A stretch of 64,000 nucleotides of DNA, from contig OZ025789.1 of NCBI GenBank assembly GCA_964019425.1, forward strand, positions 372,001 through 436,000, read 5' to 3'. This DNA comes from Flectonema sp. DT1601 (lineage: Eukaryota). Numbering within the stretch: position 1 is the first letter of the stretch; the number at the start of each line of letters is the position of its first letter. The position numbers and the translations under genes were made by a program. Below, piece after piece: positions 22,154 through 34,368 of this stretch. The notes beneath the pieces were generated by a model. It did no database searches, was not told the origin of the DNA, and saw nothing but the letters and a program-made list of their open reading frames with translations.

Positions 22154-25100
22154 AGGACGATGGGGAGTCGGAAGCGCGAGTGAGCGGTTGTTCCAAGCTC
22201 GAGCAAGGTAGCGGCAATTCCCGTCGAAGCAACCGCAATCACACTCCGTGGTACACAGATTCCCTGTTCTCCGCGGGTACTCCTCGCCCAATTCAGGAAG
22301 CAGTTGGCAAGAAATGTTTTACCGGTTCCAGCTGGGGCCTGCACAAAGATGGTGTCACCTGCGCCGCCTCCCTCTGCCTTGCGAACCGCGTTCTGCAGCA
22401 TCTCCAACGCCGCAGATTGGTCGCGGTTGCTGCTTCGGATGAGTACCGCACTCTTTTCGTAGGCAGAGTAGTATTCCTCGGCCTTCCTCCTAGCAAGCAT
22501 GACCCCCATTGGGATGGACACTCCTCCGGTCGGCAGCGGCAGCGGAAGCTCTTCGTCGAGATTAACCATCGGCAACCCATCCTCGTTGCTGAGTAGCTGG
22601 TGGATGTCGAGAATGCACTCGCGCTCGCGCTCGGGTGGGATGAATCCAACACCGTGAACCTCCTCTTGCAGCTGCCGCTCCTGCGCGCTGAGACGCTCGT
22701 CGTAGCACATCTTGCCTCTGAATCGCTCCCAAGCGCCCTTGATGCAGTTGAGCATCCCGCAGCTGATCAGAACGGCGAAAAGGTACCGAACATACATCGA
22801 GGAGTAGCACTTCGCTGCTTCGAGCGCCGACTCCGCCTCCTTGTCGTCGAGAAAGAGCCCAAGTGCTGTCGCAGCAGCCAGCATCGTGTCGTGAACCACG
22901 CCGTCGACCGTCATGGCATCATCGAAGCTCTTCAGGCCTGGGCGCGCGTTGAGGATCAGCCGCAGGCAATACGCTTCGGTGTCACGGGGTGATACCCAAA
23001 AAATCCTGCCTATTTGAACGTCGGTCCAGCGCCTACCTGTTGTGTCCTTGCGCCGGAAGCGAGATTCTTCGCGTGAATACTCATATCCTTGGCGCAGCTT
23101 CCACTCACCCTTGACGTAGCTAAAATAGGTGGGGAAGTCGCGGTACAACAGGGTGCGACAACCGTCGGATTGGTTCTTGTCGTTGAAATTGAACCAAGCC
23201 AGCAGTGTGGTGCTTTTGGACGCGACCTTCTCGGCCAACTCATCCACGGTGTCGTCGCTGTTGAAGAAGATGGTCTCCTTCCCCTTGACGTGGATGTCAA
23301 GCCGTTTGACAGCTGGGACGTTGGAGTGTTGAGGCATGCTCAGAAGGCGGCCCGCAGCCTCGCAAGAACCCATGACCCTTGCATTCTGGTACTGGGTCAC
23401 TTCGTCTTGCACTTCCCTCGCACCTTCCTGCTTCAAGACAAAGCTCAGTCCAGGCTCTGCCTTCGTAATGTACTTGAATAAGTACCCGACGCAGTCGCCC
23501 ATGCCGTTGGTTAACTCGACGTTGATGTGAGTTTGGTACCTCATCATCAAGCCGGCGTTGTAGGGAACCACCCATTCGTTCCCCTGTCCTCTGTGAGTGG
23601 TGACGCCTGTCCGACGTCGGCGAATGGTCGAGAACCCGGACACACCTATGTGCGATATGTCCGTGAATGGTTTCGGGAAGTTGTTCTTGCAGTAGAGTTT
23701 CCCATCCTTCCCTTGCTTGTGGCACGGGCAGATCACGCCCTGGCGAGAGCAGTCGTTGTGCACCATCTTCGAAGCAATGAGGCTGTAGAGGGCTGGCTGC
23801 CTTACCGGGTCGGGTAGTTCGGCATGGACCACCGAGTCGATGTCCTCAGCTGCTGCTGGTGGATGCTTGTTCCAGGCGAGGAGGTGCATGTGCGGAAGTC
23901 CCCGCTGCTGATACTCGTAAACCCAGACAATGGCGTTGTTCTTGCCGAGAACCCCGCTTCGGATGTCTTCGCGCAGAGCACGTGCCTTGCCGTCCCAGAC
24001 ACGCATGATGAGCTCCGGTCGGTCGTTGGGTCTCTGGTTCAAAGCCTCCCCGCCTTCTCGCAAGATCTGCTGGATCTCCGGCCACTGGGTGTTGCATGTC
24101 ATGGTGACGAAGAAGGTTGGTTTGCCGTATTTCGCCATGATCGCAAGCGCGTCTTCCCGCAGCTCTCTCTTCCCGCGGGGTCCGCCTTTGAACGAAACCG
24201 GAAGAATGATGCGTCGGTTTTCGATTGCGGTGGCTGCCTCATTCTGCTGCACCGCCTGCCTGACGTCGCTGGCCGCCGCCTTCCTGCTGTGCCGAGCTCC
24301 AAAGGGTGATCGATACCAGTTGAGACGCAGATGCTCTGCACGTGCCGCCATGTCCAGTATGTACACCTGGGTCAACTTGCCAAGGCGCAGGAGCATGTTC
24401 TTTCCAGTCCTGAGAGGCCGTTCAAACATGTGAAATCCACCGTACTCCGTGGCACTCACGAAGGAGCGCCTGCTGTTATCAGTGTTTTCGGCAGCATAAT
24501 CGCCATTGTAATCTACCTCACGGCCAGCGTCGCTGTTGTTGTTTCGGGGACGAAATCTCCTGTACTTGCCTAAACCCCAACCGCAGTGGAAGACACGCAC
24601 TGCATCTTCCTGACCACCACCGCTGGCCTTCCACTCCCAAGACGGGGTGGGAAAGATCACGGGGTAACTCAGAATCTCGTACAACGGATCTTTCTCATCA
24701 ATGAACAGCTTCCGACTTCGTGGGGCGGGTACCGATGCCGAATCTCCAAAAAACAACGTGATCTTCCGATTGTCCCTCTTGATGGAGTCGTGGTCCAGGT
24801 CGAGGACGATCCTGATCTCGTCGAAGAACTCCTTCGAGGTGTGATCTTCTGCACGGGACGGCTGGTGGCGCTCAAGGTTTATGCTGATGGCTATATCTGT
24901 CGTTCTACGGTCCCCGTCCTGTTCCTTCGCCAGCGCTTTCTCAGCAGCATCGAGGCACTCTAGGAAGGGGTGCTGCCTGTTGCTGCTCCCTTTTCTGATG
25001 ATGACTGCAAGGCGTTTTGCGAAGCCGTGCTCCGTCCCTAACTTGCGGATTTGCGAGTTTGCGTTGTCGAGGTCGCCAGCAATGTACCAGCTTTGTCTCG

Positions 25101-27227
25101 GGTTGGTTTTGTCAATCACGGGATCGGTGATGTGATGTGTCCTGCCCTGAATGGAAACTGACTGGGGACCTGTTGGCTTGGATAGGCAGCTGCGACGCAT
25201 CAGCGGAACAGCGAATGACAACCTGCTGTTGACAATGTGCGAGACGCTGCGAAACTTTGATGTCTTCAACATGTCCTCGACTTCGGGGTGGATGGAGATA
25301 AGGTCAAGCTTCGAGGCAGTCCCTGCCGCGCAACACCGTGATGAAGGCTCATAGCAATAGCGCTCAGCCCCGCACCATTCGCACAAAGTGGGGTCAAGCT
25401 GCAGTGGGTTGTACCGAAAATGTGGCAGTTCCGAAATTGGTGTGGGGGATTCGTTCACTTCATCAAGCGTGATGCAACATGACCCATGCAACTTCCTTCT
25501 CCTTCGTCGGAATCTCCTAGGTCTCTTCCATCCTTCCTGGTCTCCCACTGCCAAGGCTGCCGTTCGTTCAACATCTATCTCCTTGTCCTGAATCTCCGAT
25601 CGAACACAGCGCTCAAGGAGTCGCACCCTCTCAGGAATTAGCATCCCACAGATCTCAGCTGCTTCGCGCATTCTGAACACTTCCCTTGCACTGACAGCCA
25701 TGTCGGCCTTTATCTGGGTGTTGAATCTTTCTTCCAACAGGCGACGTCCGATGGCAATCCACCAGCCAGTCAATGCACTGAACTTGGCAGCGATTCCTTG
25801 TTGCTGCCATGCACGTATTCCCTCCAGCGGGCGCACTGCTGTGGTGGTGGTGGTGGTGGTGGCTGGCGATGAAGTGTTCCTCCTTCTTGTCATCGAAGTG
25901 ATGGCGACAACACCTGCAAGCAAGATGATTGTTGAAGCGGATGCTGTAGCTGAAAGACGGATGTGAGACTTGTACCGAACACCGTTGTTGCCATCGAATC
26001 GAAAGGGGTTCATGTAGCAGGCAAGTATGTGTTTACTAAGACCTCTTGGATCGAAGCTCCTTTCACAGTAACCACACTTCCTTTTACAGGCCTTTTCATG
26101 TTCTTCCAGGGCTACCAATGTTCTGAGTGGCGATCCACAGTTCTTGCAGTGATTCTGCTGACCGAACTGGTTGCGAAGTGCAAGGGAAGCAACACATGGA
26201 GCATGCCTGCCTGCGACGGTGTCAGCCACCGCATGTTGCATCTGCTTCAAGATAGCTTCAATTTGCGAAAGGTGTGCACCTGATTTGAGGACGGTATCCA
26301 CAATCACAGTAAGCCTGCCGATAAGCGCAGCACAGACATTCTTATCATTGTTGTTGTTGTTCATTCCTCCGGGCAGTTGTTGCAGTAAGTGCCACCATTT
26401 TCTTGCCTGCTGGAGTCGGTACAGGCATCCAACATGCTGGTGTGCCTGGAGATGCAGGAGCTTATTGTGGTATGTTGGGAGCTGTGCTGATTCCTTTGTC
26501 GCATGCAACGCCAGAATAGCAGCTGCAAGAACTGCACATGGATACCCCATACTTGTGTCGTTCTTGGTGGTGGAGGTATAGTATAAAGGTTTCCATTCTG
26601 CTGTTCGTGCGTCAGCCTGGAAGGGATTCCCTGGACAGAATGCAATATGTTTAAAAAGTCGATTTCTCCCAAAGTACAAACCACAGAAACCACAGGTTCC
26701 ACTGCACTCAGAAGCGTGCTTCTTTACATATTCAGCAGGGTTGTTGTTGTTGATTCTTATACCGTCCTGGTCAAGACGCTAAACTGATTGTTTTTTTTTT
26801 CAAAATTAATAAAAAGAATATAAAAAAAAAATAAAAAAAAAAGAATAAACAATGTTATCATTGTTTTTTTTTTTATTGTTCGACTTTGTTGACTAATTTC
26901 TATTTTCCGTTTTTTTTTTTTCTTTTTAAAAAATAAATAAAAAGAATTTAAAAAAAAAAAAAAAAAAAAAAGAATAAACAATGTTATCATTGTTTTTTTA
27001 TCGATCGACTATGTCGATCACTTTCTATTTTCCGTCCTGGTCAAGACGCTAAACTGATTGTTTTTTCTTTAAAAAATAATTAAAAGGTTAAAAAAAAAAA
27101 AAAAAAAAAAGGAATAAACAATGTTATCATTGTTTTTTTTTTATCGATCGACTATGTCGATTACTTTCTATTTTCCGTCCTGGTCAAGACGCTAAACTGA
27201 TTGTTTTTTCTTTAAAATAATTAAAAG

Positions 27228-27262
<35 letters not shown>

Positions 27263-28155
27263 TAAACAATGTTATCATTTTTTTTTTTCTATCGATCGAC
27301 TATGTCGATTAATTTCTATTTTCCGTCCTGATCGAGACGCTAAACTGATTGTTTCCTTTTTTTAAATAATAAAAAAAAAAAAAAAAAAGAGCATCTCCCT
27401 GCTATCCTCATATCCCCACAATAATATTATACCTTTTCATTTTCTCTTTCCTTTTCTGGTCTTTTTTTTTTCTTTTTTTCCTTTTTCATACAACGTTTTT
27501 TATTTATATTTTTTTTTTTTTTTTTTTTCATGTTTGATTATTTCCTCTTCATATTTTTCTTTTTCTATTCTTTCTTTTTTTTTTTTTTTTTTTTTTCTCT
27601 GCCTCTCTCTCAATTCTGTTCGTTTCTTTGAAACGAAAATTCATTTGAATATTATTCCTTGGTCAGCAACCATCATTGTCGCCCTTTGGGCCTGTTAAAA
27701 AAAATAAAAAATAAAAAGAAAGTTTACATCGGGAATAGGGCAGGAGCCAAAAGCTCCCAGTCCGTTACTTCCCACTTTATCGAAATTCCTCCTGGGTCCG
27801 TGAGCTGCAGCCCACAGTTTGTGCACTTGCCTTGCACAATGGAATCTTGGTACAATAGTCCATCATCGCTGCTGTCATCACTTCCAACCTCGAAGTCCGT
27901 CAATATTTCTTCTTGGAAGTCAAACACTGTTGCAACTGCAGTGGTAGTTGGTGTTACCCTACTGCCTCGTGCAAACTTGCTGGGTGGTTTTGGCAAGCTC
28001 CTACCAAAGTCGAAGTCCATCAATCTTGCCAGTGCAGGGGTCTGTTGTACACTTTGGACCCTGCTGCCTCGTGTAAACATGCTGGGTGGCTTTGGTGCAC
28101 CCCTTGGCAAGTCCATCAACATTACTACTGGCTTGTTAGCTGGTTTGTCAGGCAT
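22117..28155 (-). CDS. Helitron Rep/helicase (zinc fingers, HUH Rep, N-terminal part of Pif1 helicase), interrupted at 26757-27784 and truncated at ~22150
   Basis: Rep motifs FFVTMTCNTQWPEI, YEYQQRGLPHMHLL, YLFKYITK. Walker A APAGTGKT and VASTGIAATLL..GTTAHSRFRLP. Removing the insertion and one ATTC gives an open frame of 5007 nt from the ATG at 28155. Confidence 0.88.
26757..27784 (+). mobile_element. RLE copy E (5'-truncated within the satellite) with ATTC target-site duplication
   Basis: Satellite plus terminal block. ATTC occurs at 26753-26756 and 27785-27788. The insertion splits the Helitron ORF. Confidence 0.85.
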
Positions 28156-28952
28156 TTTACTTATTATCACTGAAAAAAACAGGTTAATAAAACATTTTTG
28201 AATATCAACTTAATGTACAATGTAATAATAAAGTGTGCTACTGACTGATGTTCTGTCCTGTGCCAAAAAAAAAAAAAAAAAATGAAATTGAAAAAATGGA
28301 ATTCAAAGATTTTTCTTTTACTTTTATTGGTTAGATGTGACAAAGTGGAAATAACTGCAACAAAACTTAACTATAACAAAAAGACAGCTTGGCACCTAAA
28401 ATTTTCTCCACTCAGGAATTTATGAAGAGGTCAAGAGATAACAAAAAAAATTGAAAAAATAAAATTTTTCAGAAAATATTATAAAGGAAAATTTTTTTCT
28501 GAAGAATTTTTTTTTTAACCAAATTGGCAACCTTACACCTAAATTTCAAAACCATACCAAAAAAAAATTTTCATCACATTTTATACTTTAAGAAAATGGT
28601 TACCCATCTTTTCTAGACCTGCTTGGGCACAAAAATCCAGCATTTTTCCTTAGGCAAAATTTTTTCTTTGTGTTCAAAAAAAAAAAAAATGAAATTGCTG
28701 TAACAAAGGCAAATAACTGCAAAAGTGAAAGAATTAGAGTGAAAAAAAAAGATCTGTAGCAAAAAAATTGAAAAAATAAATTTTTCAGAAAATATTATAA
28801 AGGAAAATTTTTTTCTGAAGAATTTTTTTTTTACCAAATTGGCAACCATACACCCACAATTTCAAAACCATACCACTTACTAACAAAATTTGTACTCTTT
28901 TCCTTGCTGTTTTCTTCTTACTAATTTTCCTGGTTGAAAAACACAAAAAATA

Positions 28953-29034
28953 TGCCGTAACAGGGAATTGAACCCGTGCCACGGCTACCGAATAGACTTA
29001 AGGTCGGTGACCATATCCACTCGGCTATGCAGGC
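28953..29034 (-). pseudogene. Degenerate tRNA-like sequence (A box, B box, poly-T terminator)
   Basis: GCCTGCA-TAGCCGAGTGG...ACCGA/TCGGT stem...GGTTCAATTCC...TTACGGCA, then TTTTTT. The acceptor and T stems are mismatched. Confidence 0.6.
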
Positions 29035-29649
29035 CCTGGGATGTTCCATTTTTTATTCCATTTTTTATTTATTTAGTCACATCCCTCCCTGTCTTTCCAC
29101 TTTATTTTTCTTCATTCTGAGCATTTTATAAACCATTCACAACAGGTTTATCGAACTTGTATCTGCAATGTGTGCGACCCTGGGATGGAAATATAGGAAT
29201 TTGGTTATATTAATAAGGGAATGACCATCTTCATCCATTTTGTATTGTTAAACTAATTAAGACAAAATTAAGAATTGAACTGAGGTTATCGTTCATTACA
29301 TTATTTTCAATAAAATAGAAATGTGAGAAGAACTACGGGATGGGGAATTTGGCGGAACGCAAGCCCCCCCCCCCTCTGCCGTATTACATTATACCCTGGT
29401 TTTGGTTTCCCAGGGCTCACGATTAATTCAAAATTGAATAACTCGATTCCGTACTGCACTGAATGACAACACGGAAAAAGAGATGTGTATGCAGCTAAGT
29501 TAGAAACATTTATTATAATGTAAAGTATTTACGTCAATCGCAGAGTGTATACCTGCACTAACATTACCTTTAGTCACTGTATCTCAGAACTAATGTTAAA
29601 TTATCGTCTATGATACAAAACATTTGTATTTTACGTACAAACTCGAACA

Positions 29650-30065
29650 GTTAACCCCCCCCCAACCCCCCCAAGGGGGGGGAGCCACTAATAAAAGCCA
29701 ACCTCTCCCGTACAAAGCCTGCCTGTCCCGTACAAAGTCCAACCTGAAAAACAAATTTGCTACTAATGGATGATTAAGCTGGGAAGAGTGCAAGCCCCCC
29801 CCCCAACCCCCCCCAAGGGGGGGGAGCCACTAATAAAAGCCAACCTCCCCCGTACAAAGTCTGGCTGTCCCGTACAAAGTCTAACTTGCGTTCCGCCAAG
29901 TTCTTGGCGGAACGCAAGCCCCCCCTCCAACCCCCCAAGGGGAGCCACTAATAAAAGCCAACCTCTCCCGTACAAAGCCTGCCTGTCCCGTACAAAGTCC
30001 AAGTTGAAAAACAAATTTGCTACTAATGGATGATTAAGCTGGGAAGAGTGCAAGCCCCCCCCCAA
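29650..30065. repeat. ~130-150 bp tandem repeat with C/G runs
   Basis: cccccc-aa-cccccc-aa-ggggg-agccactaataaaagccaacctc...cccgtacaaag is repeated three times. Confidence 0.9.
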
Positions 30066-31349
30066 GTTTACTATTTGTGTAGGAAAGACCCCTTTACCCA
30101 AAAAAAAATGAAATCAAAGATTGCTTTTTCAGAATAGCGAGATGTAACAGAGTGGCAAATAACTGCAAAAGTGAAAGAATTTATTTATTAAAACCCAAAT
30201 TGTCTAAACTGTAACAAAAAGACAGCTTGGCACCTAAAATTTATTAAAAAGGAAAAAATTATTTCAAAAAAAAAAATTTTGCTAAATTGGCAACCATACA
30301 CCTAAATTTCAAAACCATACCAAAAAAAATTTTTCATCACATTTTATACTTTAAGAAAATGGTTACCCATCTTTTCTAGACCTGCCCGGGCGCAAAAATC
30401 CAGCATTTTTCCTTAGGCAAAATTTTTTCTTACATTTCTTACTTACTTCCTACTGAAGAAAATTGGCAGCTTAAATTTGCCCAGAAGTGCTACATAAGCA
30501 TTGGTAGTGGAAAGGTGGCAAATAACTGCAAAAATGAATGGGATTATTTATTACAACCCAAATTGTCTAAACCATAACAAAAAGACAGCTTGGCACCAAC
30601 TAAAATCTTCCTTCCACCTAGAATTTGTGAAGGCTTTTCAAGACCGATAGGTTGAGAGATAACCATAAAAAAGGTGTACCCATGTTTTTTTGGAGGTGAG
30701 TGGCGCAAAAAGCAGTAAAAAATAAAAAAAAAAAATTTCATGACAAAGGCAAAAGCAGCAATTTTCTTTCCACAAACGCATCAGACTGTCATTTGGTGGC
30801 GCCAACTTGCTACAGGTAAAACTCCACTTTTCTTTCCGCAATGTGCAACACCAGTCAACACTTACGTAGCATTTAGAACCAGACCTTCTTGCGGGAAGGC
30901 ACAGAAGCCTCATTCCCAGTGTGTAATTAGGTGAGGCCTGGCCTGGGTACCTGGCCCAGGACTTGGTGGATTTCCTCAGAACCCAAAATATCCCCGATGC
31001 TGACAATTATATAGGAGAGATACCAAGACACTTAAGATACCAGCAAGGACAGTGAGAGGTAGAATGAACTCTCCTCCTTGTGTCCGATCCTGATTATTTT
31101 TTGTTGAATTGGTAGTGTTACCTCAGTTTGCTACTCTCGTATCTGTGTTGTGTTAACTCATGTAAGTGATCTTAACTCCTGTTAAATAAAAAAAAAATTT
31201 CAAAAAAAAAGAAATTAAAAAAGAAGAATTTTCAAATGAAGTTATATCAACCCCTGCCACCCATTATGATCAATTCCGCTTGTTTTTTTTTTTTTTTTTT
31301 CTTCTTTCTTTTCTTCAAATATAAAAAAAAAATTAAAAAATATAAAAGA

Positions 31350-33001
31350 TGAAACAATGTTATCATTGTTTTTTTTATCGATCGACTATGTCGATTACTT
31401 CCAGTTTTCCGTCCTAGTCAAGACGCTAAACTGATTGTTTTTTTTTTTTTTTTAAAAAATTAATAAAAAGAATATAAAAAAAAAAAAAAAAAGAATAAAC
31501 AATGTTATCATTGTTTTTTTTTATCGTTCGACTTTGTCGACTAATTTCTATTTTCCGTTTCTTTTCTTTAAAGAATAAATAAAAAGAATTTAAAATAAAA
31601 AAAAAGAATAAACAATGTTATCATTGTTTTTTTATCGATCGACTATGTCGATTACTTTCTATTTTCCGTCCTGGTCAAGACGCTAAACTGATTGTTTTTT
31701 TTTTTTTCAAAATTAATAAAAAAGAATATAAAAAAAAAAAAAAAAAAAAAGAATAAACAATGTTATCATTGTTTTTTTTTATTGTTCGACTTTGTTGACT
31801 AATTTCTATTTTCCGTTTTTTTTCTTTAAAAAATAAATAAAAAGAATTTAAAATAAAAAAAAGAATAAACAATGTTATCATTGTTTCTTTATCGATCGAC
31901 TATGTTGATCACTTTCTATTTTCCGTCCTGGTCAAGACGCTAAACTGATTGTTTTTTGTTCAAAATTAATAAAAAAAAATATAAAAAAAAAAAAAAAAAA
32001 AAGAATAAACAATGTTATCATTGTTTTTTTTTTATCGTTCGACTTTGTCGACTAATTTCTATTTTCCGTTTCTTTTCTTTAAAGAATAAATAAAAAGAAT
32101 TTAAAATAAAAAAAAAGAATAAACAATGTTATCATTGTTTTTTTATCGATCGACTATGTCGATCACTTTCTATTTTCCGTCCTGGTCAAGACGCTAAACT
32201 GATTGTTTTTTTTTCAAAATTAATAAAAAGAATATAAAAAAAAAAAAAAAAAAAAAAAGAATAAACAATGTTATCATTGTTTTTTTTTTATCGTTCGACT
32301 TTGTCGACTAATTTCTATTTTCCGTTTCTTTTCTTTAAAGAATAAATAAAAAGAATTTAAAATAAAAAAAAAGAATAAACAATGTTATCATTGTTTTTTT
32401 TATCGATCGACTATGCCGATCACTTTCTATTTTCCGTCCTGGTCAAGACGCTAAACTGATTGTTTTTTTTTTTCAAAATTAATAAAAAAGAATATAAAAA
32501 AAAAAAAAAAAAGGAAAAACAATGTTATCATTGTTTTTTTTTATCGTTCGACTTTGTCGACTAATTTCTATTTTCCGTTTTTTTTTTTCTTTAAAAAATA
32601 AATAAAAAGAATTTAAAATAAAAAAAAAGAATAAACAATGTTATCATTGTTTTTTTATCGATCGACTATGTCGATCACTTTCTATTTTCCGTCCTGGTCA
32701 AGACGCTAAACTGATTGTTTTTTTTTTTTCAAAATTAATAAAAAAGAATATTAAAAAAAAAAAAAAAAAGAATAAACAATGTTATCATTGTTTTTTTTTA
32801 TCGTTCGACTTTGTCGACTAATTTCTATTTTCCGTTTTTTTTTTTCTTTAAAAAATAAATAAAAAGAATAAAAAAAAAAAAAAAAGGAATAAACAATGTT
32901 ATCATTGTTTTTTTTTATCGATCGACTATGTCGATTACTTACTATTTTCCGTCCTGGTCAAGACGCTAAACTGATTGTTTTTTCTTTAAAATAATTAAAA
33001 G

Positions 33002-33037
<36 letters not shown>

Positions 33038-33130
33038 ATAAACAATGTTATCATTGTTTTTTTCTATCGATCGACTATGTCGATTAATTTCTATTTTCCG
33101 TCCTGATCGAGACGCTAAACTGATTGTTTC
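31350..33130 (-). repeat. Satellite array, inverted relative to 2738-10727
   Basis: Contains ccgtcctggtcaagacgctaaactgattg units. Confidence 0.95.
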
Positions 33131-33308
33131 CTTTTTTTAAATAATAAATAAGAAAAAAAAAAAAAAAAAAAAAAAGAGCATCTCCCTGCTATCCCTCATA
33201 TCCCCACAATAATATTATACCTTTTCATTTTCTCTTTCCTTTTCTGGTCTTTTTTTCTTTTTTTTCCTTTTTCATACAACGTTTTTTATTTATATATATA
33301 TATATATA

Positions 33309-34087
33309 TCAGTCATTCCTTTTTTTTGCGAACAAATTTTAGACATTGAAAAAGATTTTCAAAAAAAAATTGTAAAATTTTCGATCGAAGCGGCATTTTA
33401 ATGCGCTGCATCATTGGGTTCATTTCCGTCCGAAATCGGGAGGTTGGCATCACATACTTGTCACCCGAATTGAGAAAAGAGATTTTGTGGTTTACTAAAT
33501 CAGCTCAGCCGTGGACAAGTACCAAAACTAAAAATTAATCGAAGGGTCTAATTTTACACTGCCGGTCCAGCGGGATCCAGAGAAAAAATAATCGAGCAAA
33601 AATATATTAAAGAGTACTAAGCATGTGCCGGTGAGGCAGATTGTTACTACCTGTCTTTTTGGACCTACTTTGATACTTAATGATCATTATCACCACCACA
33701 GATGCAACATTTTCCTTACATAATTGCTACTAGGGTTGATTTGTTAGTAAAAAGGTGCATATCTCTTGAGTGCGGGAGAAGGGGGAAAAAATAGTGAAAA
33801 AAAAAAAATTAGGGGTGTTTTTTACTCAGATTTTCTCGATCTTTCCATTCCAGGTCTGGGATTAATATTTATCATTGAGTAGTACCAAGGAAATTTTGCA
33901 AAGAGACGTTTATCTCTTTTTAGCAGCACTTACCATGTTTAAAAGTATATCCCTATGCCTAATTTTACAGATCGCACCCTCCCCGATTCCAAAAAATAAA
34001 AAATCGAGCAAAAGTAACATATCGTGTAACCTTGCTCAGGCGGTGAGAAAATGGTGTTTTCTGTTCGCAAAAAAAAGGAATGACTGA
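33309..34087. mobile_element. MITE with ~26-bp TIRs inserted in a TA run (Tc1/mariner-like)
   Basis: TCAGTCATTCCTTTTTTTTGCGAACA ... TGTTCGCAAAAAAAAGGAATGACTGA, flanked by TA. The empty site is visible at ~27500 in copy E. Confidence 0.9.
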
Positions 34088-34368
34088 TATATTTTTTTTT
34101 TTTTTTTCATGTTTGATTATTTCCTCTTCAATTTTTTTTTTTCTTTTCTTTTCTTTTCTTTCTTTTTATTTTTTTTTTTTCTCTGCCTCTCTCTTAATTC
34201 TGTTCGTTTCTTTGAAACGAAAATTCATTTGAATATTATTCCTTGGTCAGCAACCATCATTGTCGCCCTTTGGGCCTGTTAAAAAAAAATAAAAATAAAA
34301 AGAAAGTTTACATCGGGAATAGGGCAGGAGCCAAAAGCTCCCAGTCCGTTACTTCCCACTTTATCGAA

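Larger units (their letters stand above)
28330..30720. repeat. Dispersed direct repeats in the Helitron 5' region
   Basis: aaataactgcaa, gacagcttggcacc, aattggcaacc and catcacattttatactttaagaaaatggttacccatc blocks recur at 28350-28870 and 30155-30600. Confidence 0.8.
22154..31020 (-). mobile_element. Helitron, 5' end intact, 3' part cut off by RLE copy A
   Basis: Contains a RepHel ORF. The minus strand at 31021/31020 reads GGTA|TCTCTCCTATATAAT, a TC start after A as expected for Helitron left ends inserted at AT. Confidence 0.75.
31021..34368 (+). mobile_element. RLE copy C, 3' portion (UTR, ~1.8-kb satellite, 3' terminus)
   Basis: Reverse complement of the UTR, satellite and terminal block. 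Ends TCGAA followed by ATTC of the APE-RT element. Confidence 0.8.

Noticed and set aside
22117..22291. Helitron Rep-helicase / reverse transcriptase fusion via -1 frameshift
   Set aside because: No canonical slippery heptamer. The helicase is cut just after motif Ia/Ib and the RT lacks its N-terminus. Better explained as a 5'-truncated RLE copy inserted into the Helitron.
22180..26702. Many overlapping or antisense ORFs over the Helitron, and over the ALDH and other genes
   Set aside because: Shadow ORFs of GC-rich or long coding sequence.
2339..34368. Giant foldback element with satellite-containing TIRs
   Set aside because: No shared TSD. Each end is separately explained as a retrotransposon 3' end, and one has contiguous flanks elsewhere (2342/18434).
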